Assembly (NCBI RefSeq): GCF_964204865.1
Contig: NC_135250.1
Span: 27,776,001-27,840,000 of the forward strand
Direction of reading: 5' to 3'
Length of the DNA: 64,000 nucleotides
Origin: Styela clava
Taxonomy: Eukaryota
Below are positions 52,584 to 64,000 of the stretch, one piece after another. The notes below the pieces were generated by a model, which was not told the DNA's origin, made no database searches, and was given only the letters and a program-made list of their open reading frames with translations. A program made the position numbers and the translations under genes. The first letter of the stretch is position 1; the number at the start of each line of letters is the position of its first letter.

Positions 52584-55500
52584 TCAATATTGAATATCAT
52601 GATACGGGTGGAAATTTGTCGGCTCGTATTCAGATGATCCATCAGGTTGTTGCAATGAATCACTCGTCAAGTATTTGATCTGATGCTTTGGATCGGGATG
52701 AGAAGTCCTTGCAGAATGCTCGTGACAAATAGGCAATTCGTATCCAGCAGTTTCAGTAGAGCTGGTTGTCTTTGATTGTTTAATAGTGTTGTTTTCGTAG
52801 ACTCCGTGTTCACATTCAAACTGAGCTTTTGATATATTTTTCATACTTGGTTTCTCAATATTCCGGATAGCAGTTGTATTCCTGTTGTTTTTCAACCTAA
52901 AATAAAAATAAAGTATAGATTTTCAAGCTTTCGTATTATCTCAAATTCTTGCAGGTCTAACTATTTCGGCGCCTAAGCCAGGGTCGGCCAACCTTTTTAG
53001 CCAACGGGCCACATTTAGTTTACTAATAATTGCACGGGCCACTTAACATGGTAAATATTTTCCAGTTTTGCTACACTGACTAAAAGTTAATGAAAATGCA
53101 AACAAAACCCTCGAATCAAACTTTCTCAATAATAAGAACATTAAAAAAACGAAGATACTGTAAAGTCAACAAAGGTATTTCTACGCGTAGATATTTTGGT
53201 GTGAAGTTTGACAAAATTTCAATATTCGCTGAAATGGACGATGTAGCTATGCGAAGCCAATTGTTTATATGACTGTCATAAATTAGTGATTTCACAGGTA
53301 ATTCAAAGCGCCAAAGCAATCCAAAGTTGTCAACTCATCAATATTTTGCTTCATTGCTAAAACATCAAGGATTTTATGCATGCACATACCACGCCTAAAC
53401 ACACAGCATTGGCAATTATCATTTATGTCCCCAGCAGATTTGACCAAGTAATATTTGGTTGGTGCTACATTTGAACGAGAGACCACGTGATAAAATAAAA
53501 GAAGATTGTCTCACAGATGAGATAACGTTGAAGAGAGTAGTAGAAGACCCAAGTGTGTAAGCGACTATTTAAGTATCGATATCTTCCAGTTGGTTTCGAT
53601 TCCAAATGGTACTCATCGCTCGTTTGAAAGGGCTAGCAGAGCGCATTTCAGGATAATGAACAAATTTTGTGTATCAAATCTTTATATTAACTACATCACT
53701 TGAAAATTAGAAATTTTACGCAATTTTTTTTATTTATTTTCGAAAATACAGGGCGGGCCACTCGAAACTCCTCGGTGGGCCAAATGTGGCCCCGCGGGCT
53801 ACGGGTTGGACGACCCAGGCCTAAGCCTTGTAGATAACACCGTGATGCCAACATTTCAACAAGGCTAACGAAAGCAAGTTCAACAATTAATGAATTAAAG
53901 CTTTCTTGATTATGATTTTGACCTACTACTACCAATCCCTGATGTCGTACTAACGACTCAACCACTTTTAAATCAGTTAAAAATATTACCTCTCTAACAC
54001 AGTTTATATTATTCAAAATAAAAAATCCATTTTGTTTTAAACTGCTTTGTTGATATATGATACGAATACCCATATGGACATCTGAAACCCGGCAGATTCC
54101 GAGAGTTTCCAGATTTGAAAACAATAGAAAATAAATTGGATGCTAGCTCTTTTAAATCAATGCCCTTGTTTGTGCAATGTTTATTCAACATCCAATAGTG
54201 ATTTGAATCTTACTTGATAGTGAGGACAATAATGATGATCCCTGCAATAACGAGAAGAATGCCAAGTACAATAGTAGAGATGAAAAAGATTTTCTTTGTT
54301 TCTCTGCCAAAGTCGTCGCTACTTGTAGTTGGTTTTGTTAACTTCTCAACTCCAGTTTGTTCAAACGACGCAGTTGTTGCTTCATTTGTGGGCAGGCGCG
54401 TGTTGCTTTCAGTAGTTGCAATTTGAACATCTTTATGAGCTTATTGAAAGTTTACATAATTCAATACTAAACATCACAACATGCACAATTACAATATTGA
54501 CAGCATGAAAGTTTATGAAATAAAAACCACACTAATTTTATTTTGTTCTACTTTTTTTTTAATATGTCGTCGATTTTGGTAAAGCCCAAAAATAAGTCAA
54601 GGTATTTTGTTTATAGTATATAAAAGCAATAGCTAGTGCTAACGAATAACCGCTCATAAGGACATAACTAATCAGTTCGTTTTAAATTACAATAAATTCC
54701 ATGTTCCATTAGTGTATTTGTTTTCCCTTGTTTGCTGCTTGCTTTACATAAATTGAGGGAATGCGAAAATCTTGGAAATGATCATAGAAACAATCCTCTG
54801 TTTTATAGGTAATATTTATTGTAATTATATTGCCTTCAATGATGATATGAGGAAATATTCTAGCACATCCGTCAGTAATAGAATCATTGAATACATTTTT
54901 GAAGTAAAAAGGAAACAGTCGTTTGGTTGGGAATCACAAAGTTCTGTGCTAATTTAATCAAAAAAATTGCTAATTGCTATATGAAGCATTTTATAAAATA
55001 GATTGGTAAACATTGAGAACTAACATAATAACTAGAGACTATTTAAATTTACTTATACCTAATTTGTTGCTTTTACCTGTGTTGTTTATTATCCGGTATA
55101 TTGAATGGATGTGTATTTCTTGTAATTCAGAAGAGTAACCATTCCCCGTCTTATATGTCAAATTGATTGGAAAAATATTGTCTCCACTGATATGACGGTG
55201 TATTCCATTACATCCGTCAGTAATAGATTCATCAGATACAGTTTTTGAGGCAAAAAGGAAACAGTCGTTGAGTTCAGAATCACACAGTTCTTTATCCACT
55301 AATCCAGCTGTAACATATGTATCAATTGGTTTCTTTACATGATAGTACATGATAATACCTCCTATAATTTACCATATACGGCACTAATGTGAGTATCGGG
55401 TCCTATTGTCAAATAATATCCGATATATTGGTTACCTACGTAGATATCTCGGTAAAAAACAACATATTCCAAGTGTGTAATTTTGAGGAAAAATATTTAT

Positions 55501-56718
55501 TTTTTCAAAATTTGAAATGCGTAACTGAGACTAACACCTTTATAATTCTTAATTAACGCAACAGGAAATCATGAAGACACCTATTAAACAGCATATTAAA
55601 CCGAAAAATAGGATACGTGTGCATTTATGCAACGTATAACACATGAACATGTTTCGAGAGAAATAACTACATGATGAAATCAAATTACTAGGACACAAAA
55701 TAATCGAAACAAGCCTTGAAGGCGGTTACAAAACTATATTTTTATAATAAAAAGAAGTTGTTCCATTATTACAAACAAACACGAAAGATGTATTAACTTT
55801 GATTACCAGTAATCTTCAGAGATCCAATGCACTGATTGTTTTGATTGAGATTATTTTCAGTAATTTTAACTAACAAGACGCTGTTAACCGATGTACAACT
55901 ATCGGTTTTTAATTCCCAAATACTGTAAATATCCCCTGCCCTTCTGAAAAATACAATTTGAAAATGACTATTTAATGTATATTTTCATGTTCATATACGG
56001 CTGTGTAATCATAAAATTTCATTTCATCATTTTTAAAAGTTTACCAAAGTAAAATTTTCCTATCTTTTACATCATTCCGTTGATTATTATTCATATTAAA
56101 ATTAATTATAAATGTATTTGATGCTTTATTCGTATCATTTTTTATCGTAATTTATTAAAAAATAGTGAAATGTTTACCTTACATTTGCTCCTGATTTGGG
56201 CGTAGAACATAAATCAAGGTTGATCTGGTTCTGGCCAATAGTTTGGTGAAGTATTGCTGCAACTATCGGTGAACAAAAAAGAATATTGGTTATGTTAAAT
56301 ATTTTTCCTCAGAACCGACAATTCATAAATCGCTTTATGGGTTTGAGTTTAAAATAAGCGTCATATAATTCAAGATGATTCCGTCAAGTATGCGAGCAGT
56401 TATATGCAAGTGCAGATGCCAACTATCTCACTTAGTACTAATTATTTATATACTTGTTAAAAAGTCAAGTTATAAAACGTTGAAGTTCTGATTTTCTCAA
56501 AACCTCGATGGATTTCTAGAATTCATATCATTCACTCAAAAATGTTTTGGATTTATTCAAATTTGAATGAAGCATTTTAACGCAACAAATTCATTACCTA
56601 TACGTAGTGAAGTAAATAAAACATATCCACTTATATACATTACTGAGGGTTACTAATGAAAAATGATACGAACTAATTACTCACCTATAAATAACAATAC
56701 CCGCGCGAAGAGATGCAT
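52584..56718 (-). CDS. Class B receptor B5, apparently intact via exon 4a
   Basis: Exons 56718-56685, 56262-56178, 55943-55807, 55307-55077, 54430-54214, 52896-52584, in phase. The exon 4b remnant (~54726-54976) has an early TAA and a GG donor. A hAT element sits in the last intron. Confidence 0.85.
52979..53818 (-). mobile_element. Non-autonomous hAT (Charlie-like) element, 840 bp, 8-bp TSD
   Basis: TIRs cagggtcggccaacc / ggttggacgacccag. TSD gcctaagc at 52971-52978 and 53819-53826. The minus-strand remnant HINNWLRIATSSISANIEIL resembles the C-terminus of Charlie-type transposases. Empty sites are present in B1, B2 and B4. Confidence 0.88.
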
Positions 56719-57337
56719 GTTTTTCAAATATGTCAGTTCCAGTCTCTTGCAACTACACCGAAAAACTTTATATATATAATTATTCCAGGGTATAAATTTT
56801 GAAAACGTAAAACTTTGTCAAAGCGACAATTGTTACGTTGCATTCATCAGAGTGTATCTATACTCATTTATTACGTGTACAAAAGCGATGAATCTTCCTT
56901 GCGAATGCAGATACGTAATTGCAAAGTACGTTCTATGTTCATTAGTAATGTATGAGATCACTTTCTCGTGTGTAGACGATCACCTGCAACAGTTTACTAA
57001 GGTTTGAAATTTTGATCTTACTAATGTAATTCAATGATTGAGATCGAATCTTCCAAACTAAATTTTTTTTTAGTAATATCCATCATAAGATCCCAAACAC
57101 ATTTTGTGGGCTTCATAGTTTATTTAGAATACTATCCACAAATTATGTATTGAAAATGAAAAGATCAAATAACTAAAAAAGAGAAAAATGCTGATATATA
57201 TAGGAAACGAGGGCGAGAAAACGTAAAACAAAATATTTTATCCACAATTTCCCTAAAACTACATTCCGAAAAAAGCTGGAACTATGGAACGACTGCCGTA
57301 AATGGGTCTAGGTATAGTTTAGTACCACAAGTACCTC

Positions 57338-57560
57338 TGGTGGGCGTGGCGTAATAATTTTTGCATACGCCATTCATGAGACCGCCCTAACTACGTCATC
57401 AAAAATTTACGTCAGTACTGCGCCACAATCACGCCATATAGCTTGCCGAAGCCAGATATCTCTCTCGCATTGATGTGATTGTGACGTCGCAGTGACCTTT
57501 TTTTGTATGACGTAGTGTAGTGGGGCAGGAATGAAATATGCAAAAATAGCACCGCCACTA
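57338..57560. mobile_element. Palindromic MITE-like element copy
   Basis: Homologous to 12260-12483. Confidence 0.55.
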
Positions 57561-57564
57561 TTGA

Positions 57565-60500
57565 CTATTCCAGGTTCCGAGAATTGCTGAAAATTTGTCG
57601 GTTCTTATTCAGATGATCCATCAGGTTGTTGCAATGAATTGCTCATCCAGTATTCCAATTGATCTGGATGAGTAGTCGCCTCAGAATGATCGTCTGAAAT
57701 AGGTTTATCGTATCCACAGGTCGCGGCTAGTATAGCTGGTTGTATTTGTTTATAAATGATATTGTTTTCGTAAATGCTTGGATTATTTTGAAACTCTAGG
57801 AAAACTTGCGTTATGCACATTTGGTTTTTCATTGTTCTTAGGAGTAGAAGCAGTCTTGCGGTTTCGCTGTCTAAATCAAAATTCATATATTTTCTAGTAT
57901 GTTTACATATAGGTTTGATGCTGAATCAAATTTGGGAAGTATATCTTGCGGGTTTACCAAACCCAGGATTGTTCACGTTGGGTATAGAATAGTGCACGTC
58001 CGCTTATAGCAGGACGGTGAAATTTTACGACGTTCTCATCTCATGCAATGTCCATACAATTTCATACATTTGTGACAAAAAACTGTTTCAATGTCTGACT
58101 AGGACGGATGAAGGGACTACGAGGCCGTGGTTAGTCATAATATAGTCAAAAGCTGGCTCCGTGACTTCCTATTTTTGAGATATAAATATGAAATACCTTG
58201 TCTCTTTCCTGTCGTATCCATGCCCCCTATGAATCCAAGCCAAATAGGCTATCTGAATAGTAAACTGCTGATATTTGAATATTTTGCCAGCACTAATCAG
58301 TAATCAGTAAATAATTATTAACTTGACTGATTTTATGTTATTGTGATAATCTTGCGTTTTATATAATATGTAAATTCTAATGAAATCAGGGCTTGGCTGG
58401 TATTAAAGTTTGGTACAAACGTTTGCGGCCCGTAATGAATTTCGTCAGTTTGGGCAGATCTGAGGCAAGGAGTTGCTAGAAGGGTATTTTCTGAAATTTT
58501 GTTGAGCTCTGTGGTTGGGCCTGAATTTGTTATGCTTTGAATATGAGACCTACGTTTCATCTGAGCATTGAATTTTAGTTTTTGTAGAATCTTATTGTTA
58601 CTCCAAAAAATAATACAATACACGTACTAAGGTAACTGAGCCATATTGCAAAATCAATAGTGACAAGGCTGTATCAATTTATCAAATTCGACTTTGCTGG
58701 TGGCGATATTTAGGCAATCGTGCTAAAAACGGTATGAAAGGAGATGAATTAAGATGATAATTTGCTGTTTGGTTTTAAAATCATGCCTGGACTTTGTCTA
58801 ATTGTTATCGAGTCAATTCAGAAAACCTTACCGACATGCTACCGGGGTTGGTGACGTGAGTGTCTTCCATTATATTCCTTTTATGAATTATAATGATGTA
58901 AATTCATTCTTATTTGATATCTATGCAATTTGCGTTTGAATAGCAAATGTTGCAGTAATTGCACGGTGCTTTACGGGTTGATTTTAAATTCAAGCCTGGA
59001 CTTTGTCTAACTATTATCAAGTCAATTCATAAAGCCTGGACCGTCTTGTACGATATTGCTGTTGGTGACCTGATTGTCTTTCACTAATTACATTCTTTCT
59101 AGGCATTCTATATATATGTAATTTGCGTTTGAATACCGAATGTTTCAGTATGAATGTATTTCCATATTAAAATGTTACACAGAAAAAAACTAAATATACA
59201 CACAATCATAAGAAAAACGCACTAGCATTATGCGTGTCAACGAAATGTTCATATCTATACTTCGATTTGAAAATACAGGTCTTTTGGAGTGGCTGCAATT
59301 AGTACTTTAGCTTCTAATTCGAAAGAAAAATCTTCCAAACCTTCGTCTGCAGAATCAATTTCGACGTCCCACCGAGATAACCGAGATAGGAATCCTGTGT
59401 ATATAAACGTCAATAATTAGATAAATGTTCTACATTGACTGTCTTTAGCAAGCTCCGCCCCAAGAACACTTTGTCATTATGAGAAGATATCCCTTCTATA
59501 GATGTATATAATTAGTCACAATATTAATATTTCTAAGTCTCTTTTTCTGTGCGTTTTCGACCTCATAAATAATGTTTTCCATGAGTATTTTCAAAAGCAC
59601 ATGATCTATCGAGATGTGCACTTCGAGTTTTTTTTTGGATTTCCTTGAGCGACCACTGTTAATCCGTTATTTGAACACAATCTTTATCGTTCTTGCATGG
59701 ATCATTTATCTTTGTTCTTTTGCTGAAAAATGAAAAAGCTATTGAATACAGATATATATTGTTCGTTTGTGGAACACATAATTAAGTCTGTCGTGAACAG
59801 TGCCGGATTTACCTTTAGTCTAGGGACCCCATGTCATGTAAATTAATAAAGAATAATGCCTGTTTAAAATGTTACAAAACCTGTTATTTATTGTTTGGGT
59901 CATTTCATTAATTCTTATCCCAAATTACTTAGAGTTCGAAAGATTAAAACAAAAATAATCCCAAAAGCGTAATATGCTGTTTCAAATTGACAGTTTTAAC
60001 GCGATAAGGCCTTTATTTTTTGAATAGAAATAATACAAAAATACTACGTATTGGTATCTAAGATTGCACCGCAATTTTCAACGTTTATTTTTCGTGAAAT
60101 ATGGCATCCAAGAAAAGAACTTGGTTAGATGACTATATGCAGTATGGCTTTAGCTGCTCAACTGAACGTGACTCCAACGCGAAAATGACATGGGAATTGG
60201 TCTTTCTGAAACGAAGCCACGTATCTCTCAGTTGGGAACCGAAAAACAGCAGCAGAAGGGTCACTAACAAATCTATTTAATGAATAAAGTCTACTGTTTG
60301 TTGCAATTTATTCAACCAGGGGTTTTTCGGTTGTAGATACTCTTTTGACAAAGCATGTCATTCAAATTTAACCCGAAAAATTAATCTATCCCAACAGTAA
60401 GGCAACGAATTCAAATTCTATCATTTGGAGACGGTTAAATTTTTTATAAATTTGTACAAAACCGGCTTACCTTTAATAAATTCAGGATGCGCTCTTACTT

Positions 60501-61046
60501 CAAAAATGTGGGGTTCGAGAAGAGCTTGCGGAATAGCGTAGGGGTTCGACAGGCTCACAAAGATTAAGAACCACTGCGCCAGGGGAAACGTAAGGAAAAT
60601 ATTTCAGTGAAGTAAAAAGCAGACTTTCATTCAAGGTTCGATGGATGTACCCGAGTTATTGTGCCTGACGAATGACAACGACGAATATTCTGGGTAGTTT
60701 GAACACCGTCTCCGACCTACATGCCAAGTTTTGTCCGGGTTCGGCCCGACAGTTTTCAGGGAAATGCTCATTTGCGCTCTCTGATCATCCAGTCACGCAG
60801 ATATAATGACAACACTTCGCCGCACAGATTGTCGGCTAAAATTCTGAAATGGCGCAAGTTAAGCATACTGCTGTATTTGTACGGTAGGGGTAATAGCGCT
60901 TTTGGGAATTCAATTTTGGGAAAACGATACCACTGTTTTAAATACTGGCCTCATAACCCCGATAAGATATCGACCTACCTGAACCATGAAGTTGATGCTT
61001 GGATTAGAAGTCCTACAATGCAAATGAATAAAATCATTCTGTGCAT
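57565..61046 (-). pseudogene. Class C decayed receptor paralog C3 (more divergent 5' half)
   Basis: Signal exon 61046-60979 (MHRMILFICIVGLLIQASTSWF). The next exon, from ~59722, reads KRTKINDPCKNDKDCVQITD then TAA. Open exon-like GFLSRLSRWDVEIDSADEGLEDFSFELEAKV at ~59280-59394. TM-like stretch at ~58574-58650; B-like tail remnant at 57605-57870. Confidence 0.5.
60101..60576 (+). mobile_element. Internally deleted hAT/Buster transposon remnant
   Basis: ATG at 60101 gives MASKKRTWLDDYMQYGFSC (Buster/Charlie-type N-terminus), followed within ~50 bp by LSETKPRISQLGTEKQQQKGH* (typical C-terminus, stop 60265-60267). Right TIR-like end aagattaagaaccactg at 60560-60576. Left TIR not found. Confidence 0.7.
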
Positions 61047-61699
61047 TATGTAGCTTATTATATAAAAGTTCCTGTAAAAGAATCCACAACTGAATTATAT
61101 CCACCTGTATAGAAGCTAGTCCTATTGTGCTAAACAATTAAGGACATGAAAAATTACACTAGTTTTGCTGATGTTTACTTAATAATATTTATTAAACATA
61201 GTCGACTTTTTTCAAATCGGGGAACGAATGACCAAATCGAGTTGTTTTTTTCAATGTTTTGGTTTCATTGCCTAAGATTGGTATGGTGGCCAGCTCGTTT
61301 GGCCTAACTTGCAACTAAGAAATAACGGGCACCGTCGCCTCAAGGTTGTAATATATTCAGTAGCATATGCTTGACAAAAAATTCCGGTATTTTCAAAACA
61401 TAGCAAGATGGAAAATACCATCGGTAATTTAGGTGTCTTGATGATGATAAGTCATTTCCATTTGCAGGATATTCTCCGTCCTATTTGCAGGATATTTGAA
61501 GGCATGTTTACTCTATTTTTAATAGAATATCTTCGAAAGAATAAAAATTGGTGTGAATTGAATATGATACGGGCAATGCTATCGACATATGTTTTGTCGC
61601 TATTCAGCATCAAGGGTAGCATGTAGTATAATGGAGGGGAACAACAACAACAACAACAACGATATTTCCAAATCATAGCAGCTCACTGCACCAATGGCA

Positions 61700-62100
61700 A
61701 TAATTTAGATGTCTTGATGATGATAAACCATTTTACATGGACATATGGGCAATGTTTGAGCGCTGATTCAATTAAGGTGGAAAATATCAATGGTATTTTT
61801 GGTGTCTTGATGTCTGATAAAGCATTTTCCACTGACATATTGGCGCTGATTCGAAGCAAGGTGAGAAATATCAATGATGTTTTTGTGGGTGTCTTGATAT
61901 CTGATAAAGCATTTTCCACTGACATATTGGCGCTGATTCGAAGCAAGGTGGGAAATACCAATGGTATTTTGGATGTCTTCATAATGATAAACCATTTTCA
62001 ACTGACATATTGGCGCTGATTCGAAGCAAGGTGGGAAATACCAATGGTATTTTGGATGTCTTCATGATGATAAACCATTTTCAACTGACATATGGGCGCC
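61700..62100. repeat. 84/85-bp satellite, about 4-5 diverged units
   Basis: Same monomer at the paralogous position 3' of gene A4. Confidence 0.85.
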
Positions 62101-62942
62101 TGTTGATCGCGTCATCGTCGTATTTGTAGGCATTTTTACTTTATTTTTTATTAGAATATTTTTGATAGAATATAATTTCAATAGAATATTCTACGGGCAA
62201 TGCTTACAACATGTTTTTTTCTATTTAACAACAAGGGTGGCATGCACTATAATGAAGGGTTACAACAGCACATATTCTTCAATAAAATACGATAATCACA
62301 AAAGAGCTTCACCTACAAACAGTTCAAATTCGAATATTTGATTGTACAAGATCTATTCCAAAAATTGGAACCATTACCAGAATAAGTTTTTTAAAAGGTT
62401 CAATTGGAAGCCGATCCTCGAGAAAGAAAAAAACTCTTTTATACGTCACCCACTGGCAAATATATTAAAAACAAATTAAAGCTTGTATGGGAAAAATCTA
62501 AGAAAAAATAGGGTTACAATTGATAGTTCAAAGTTTTTGAGCATTCACTTGGAGAAAATATTGTGAAATATATTTGAAAATGCATATACATTGGTTGGGC
62601 TAGATATTAAGATGCTCCTCGTTTTCCGCAGTAATATTGTTATACATTATAGTGTTTTTGAGATAAAACGAATGCTTTTGAATGATAAAATACAGTATAT
62701 GTACGCCACTGATATAAAAAAAATAGAACTAAAGCCTAGATATCTGTACAACAGAGTTTAAAAAAAAAAAAAAAACATTTAGATAAAAGAAAACAACAGA
62801 TCAAAATATTTAAAAGTCTTCAGCATTATCTAAATTACTAAAATTTGCTGTTACGTCAGTAACGCTAAATATTAAAAAAACGTATGTGGTTGTCCGAAGT
62901 AATATCATCAAATCTGAGTGTTTTGAGATAAAATGAATGCAT

Positions 62943-63700
62943 CTACATGTTATAAAGCACGTTGTCTACCATTTTTCTTTCCAACTCAGCTTTTTTTGAA
63001 GTTTTTGCGTTTTTGTTGACCACGCTATACATATCTTCAATGTTTTTGGAGTTGTTTGTTCCATGTGTTTCCTCGTTCTCTTGATGCACCTCGTTCTCTT
63101 GCTGCGTTTCGTCCTCTTGCTGAGGTTCGTGTTGCGGACAAATTTTCGAGCTTGTAGATACTAACTTGCGATAATATGCCAGTTTACGGAGAAATCTTAA
63201 ACACAGAAGCTAAAGATAACGACCAGAGAAAAAAATCCGAATGAGTAGTAGCCTACTGGAGATTTGACAGTCGGTTGCATGAAAATATAGGCAGAATCTT
63301 GTATAATAATCTATGCTGAAAAATTGGCATGAACTAAATCAAACTTCCTACAATTTATAAAAAATAATTTTTTTTTCAAGTGTTCACTAATATTTTATAA
63401 ATTTATATTCAAATTACCTCAATGTTAGGATGATTATAAGGAGTATTGCTAAACCAAGCAAGATTCCCAGAACGATTATCAAAGTTAGAATATTCTTCGT
63501 TTTACAATTTCCACCATAACCTTTGGTTGTTTCTAGAACTTCTGCGGTCGTAGACAGTGATATTGAGGTTAAGCCATTTTGTGTATCATTCCCCAAGTTA
63601 TCAGATTCTGTTGCAGTCGGTCCATTCTCTGAATATTTTGTGTGGTAGATTGCGTTAGATGTGGTGGAAACAGTATTCCTTGTTGTAGTTTGTTTAATCC
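62943..63700 (-). CDS. Class A receptor A4, last two exons (5' part lies beyond the window)
   Basis: Exon 63700-63418 (stalk + TM ILTLIIVLGILLGLAILLIIILTL) and exon 63195-62943 (FLRKLAYYRKL...EDMYSVVNK...MVDNVLYNM*), both open and in phase. Confidence 0.85.
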
Positions 63701-64000
63701 CTACAAATAAATACAATTTTGTTTTATTGGTGATTTAATTTGTTGCATTACTTCAATCAAGTTTGTTGAGGCTACTCAAATAGGTACAGTTCAACTTTTA
63801 TTACTGATTTATTTTATTTAATAAAGTTTGCTTTTTTGAAACAAAAATATCAGTAATAGAAAATTTAAGATGTCAGATCTGACGGAGTCTTTTGTGCTTC
63901 TTGCGTATTGGAATAAAACCCAAATATTTTCAGTTTTTATTGGTGTGAACTCTTTTTAAAACAAGTATGTGCATATATCAAGAAATCGCCTCTCAATTAA

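Noticed and set aside
53292-53486. SWIM zinc-finger-like ORF (CQCCVFRRGMCMH)
   Set aside because: Short, inside a non-autonomous hAT element and with no supporting context; probably chance or a captured fragment.

Overview
This is AT-rich eukaryotic DNA with short GT-AG introns, probably from an invertebrate animal (a tunicate is only a guess). Nearly the whole window is a tandem segmental array. A repeat unit of about 16.5-25 kb (84/85-bp satellite, gene A, spacer, gene B, decayed gene C) occurs about 3.5 times, with all genes on the minus strand. Manual splicing gives a family of six-exon type-I membrane receptors of about 350 aa. Each has a signal peptide, a six-cysteine ectodomain that looks like a divergent CUB domain, a Thr/Ser-rich stalk, one TM helix and a tyrosine-motif tail. 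The same ectodomain family is joined to two unrelated tails: class A (Q/E repeats, YSVV, NxLY) and class B (YENN, YELP, YEPT, YHDI). The cluster also shows A/B chimeric genes, an apparent A-B conversion tract, hypervariable ectodomain residues, a duplicated exon 4 with reciprocal inactivation, and several disabled copies. Together these suggest a rapidly evolving paired-receptor (immune or allorecognition-like) locus; I do not recognise the family and the function is inference. Non-autonomous hAT elements, MITEs and tRNA-type SINEs are interspersed. There is no CRISPR array, rRNA gene or intact tRNA gene.
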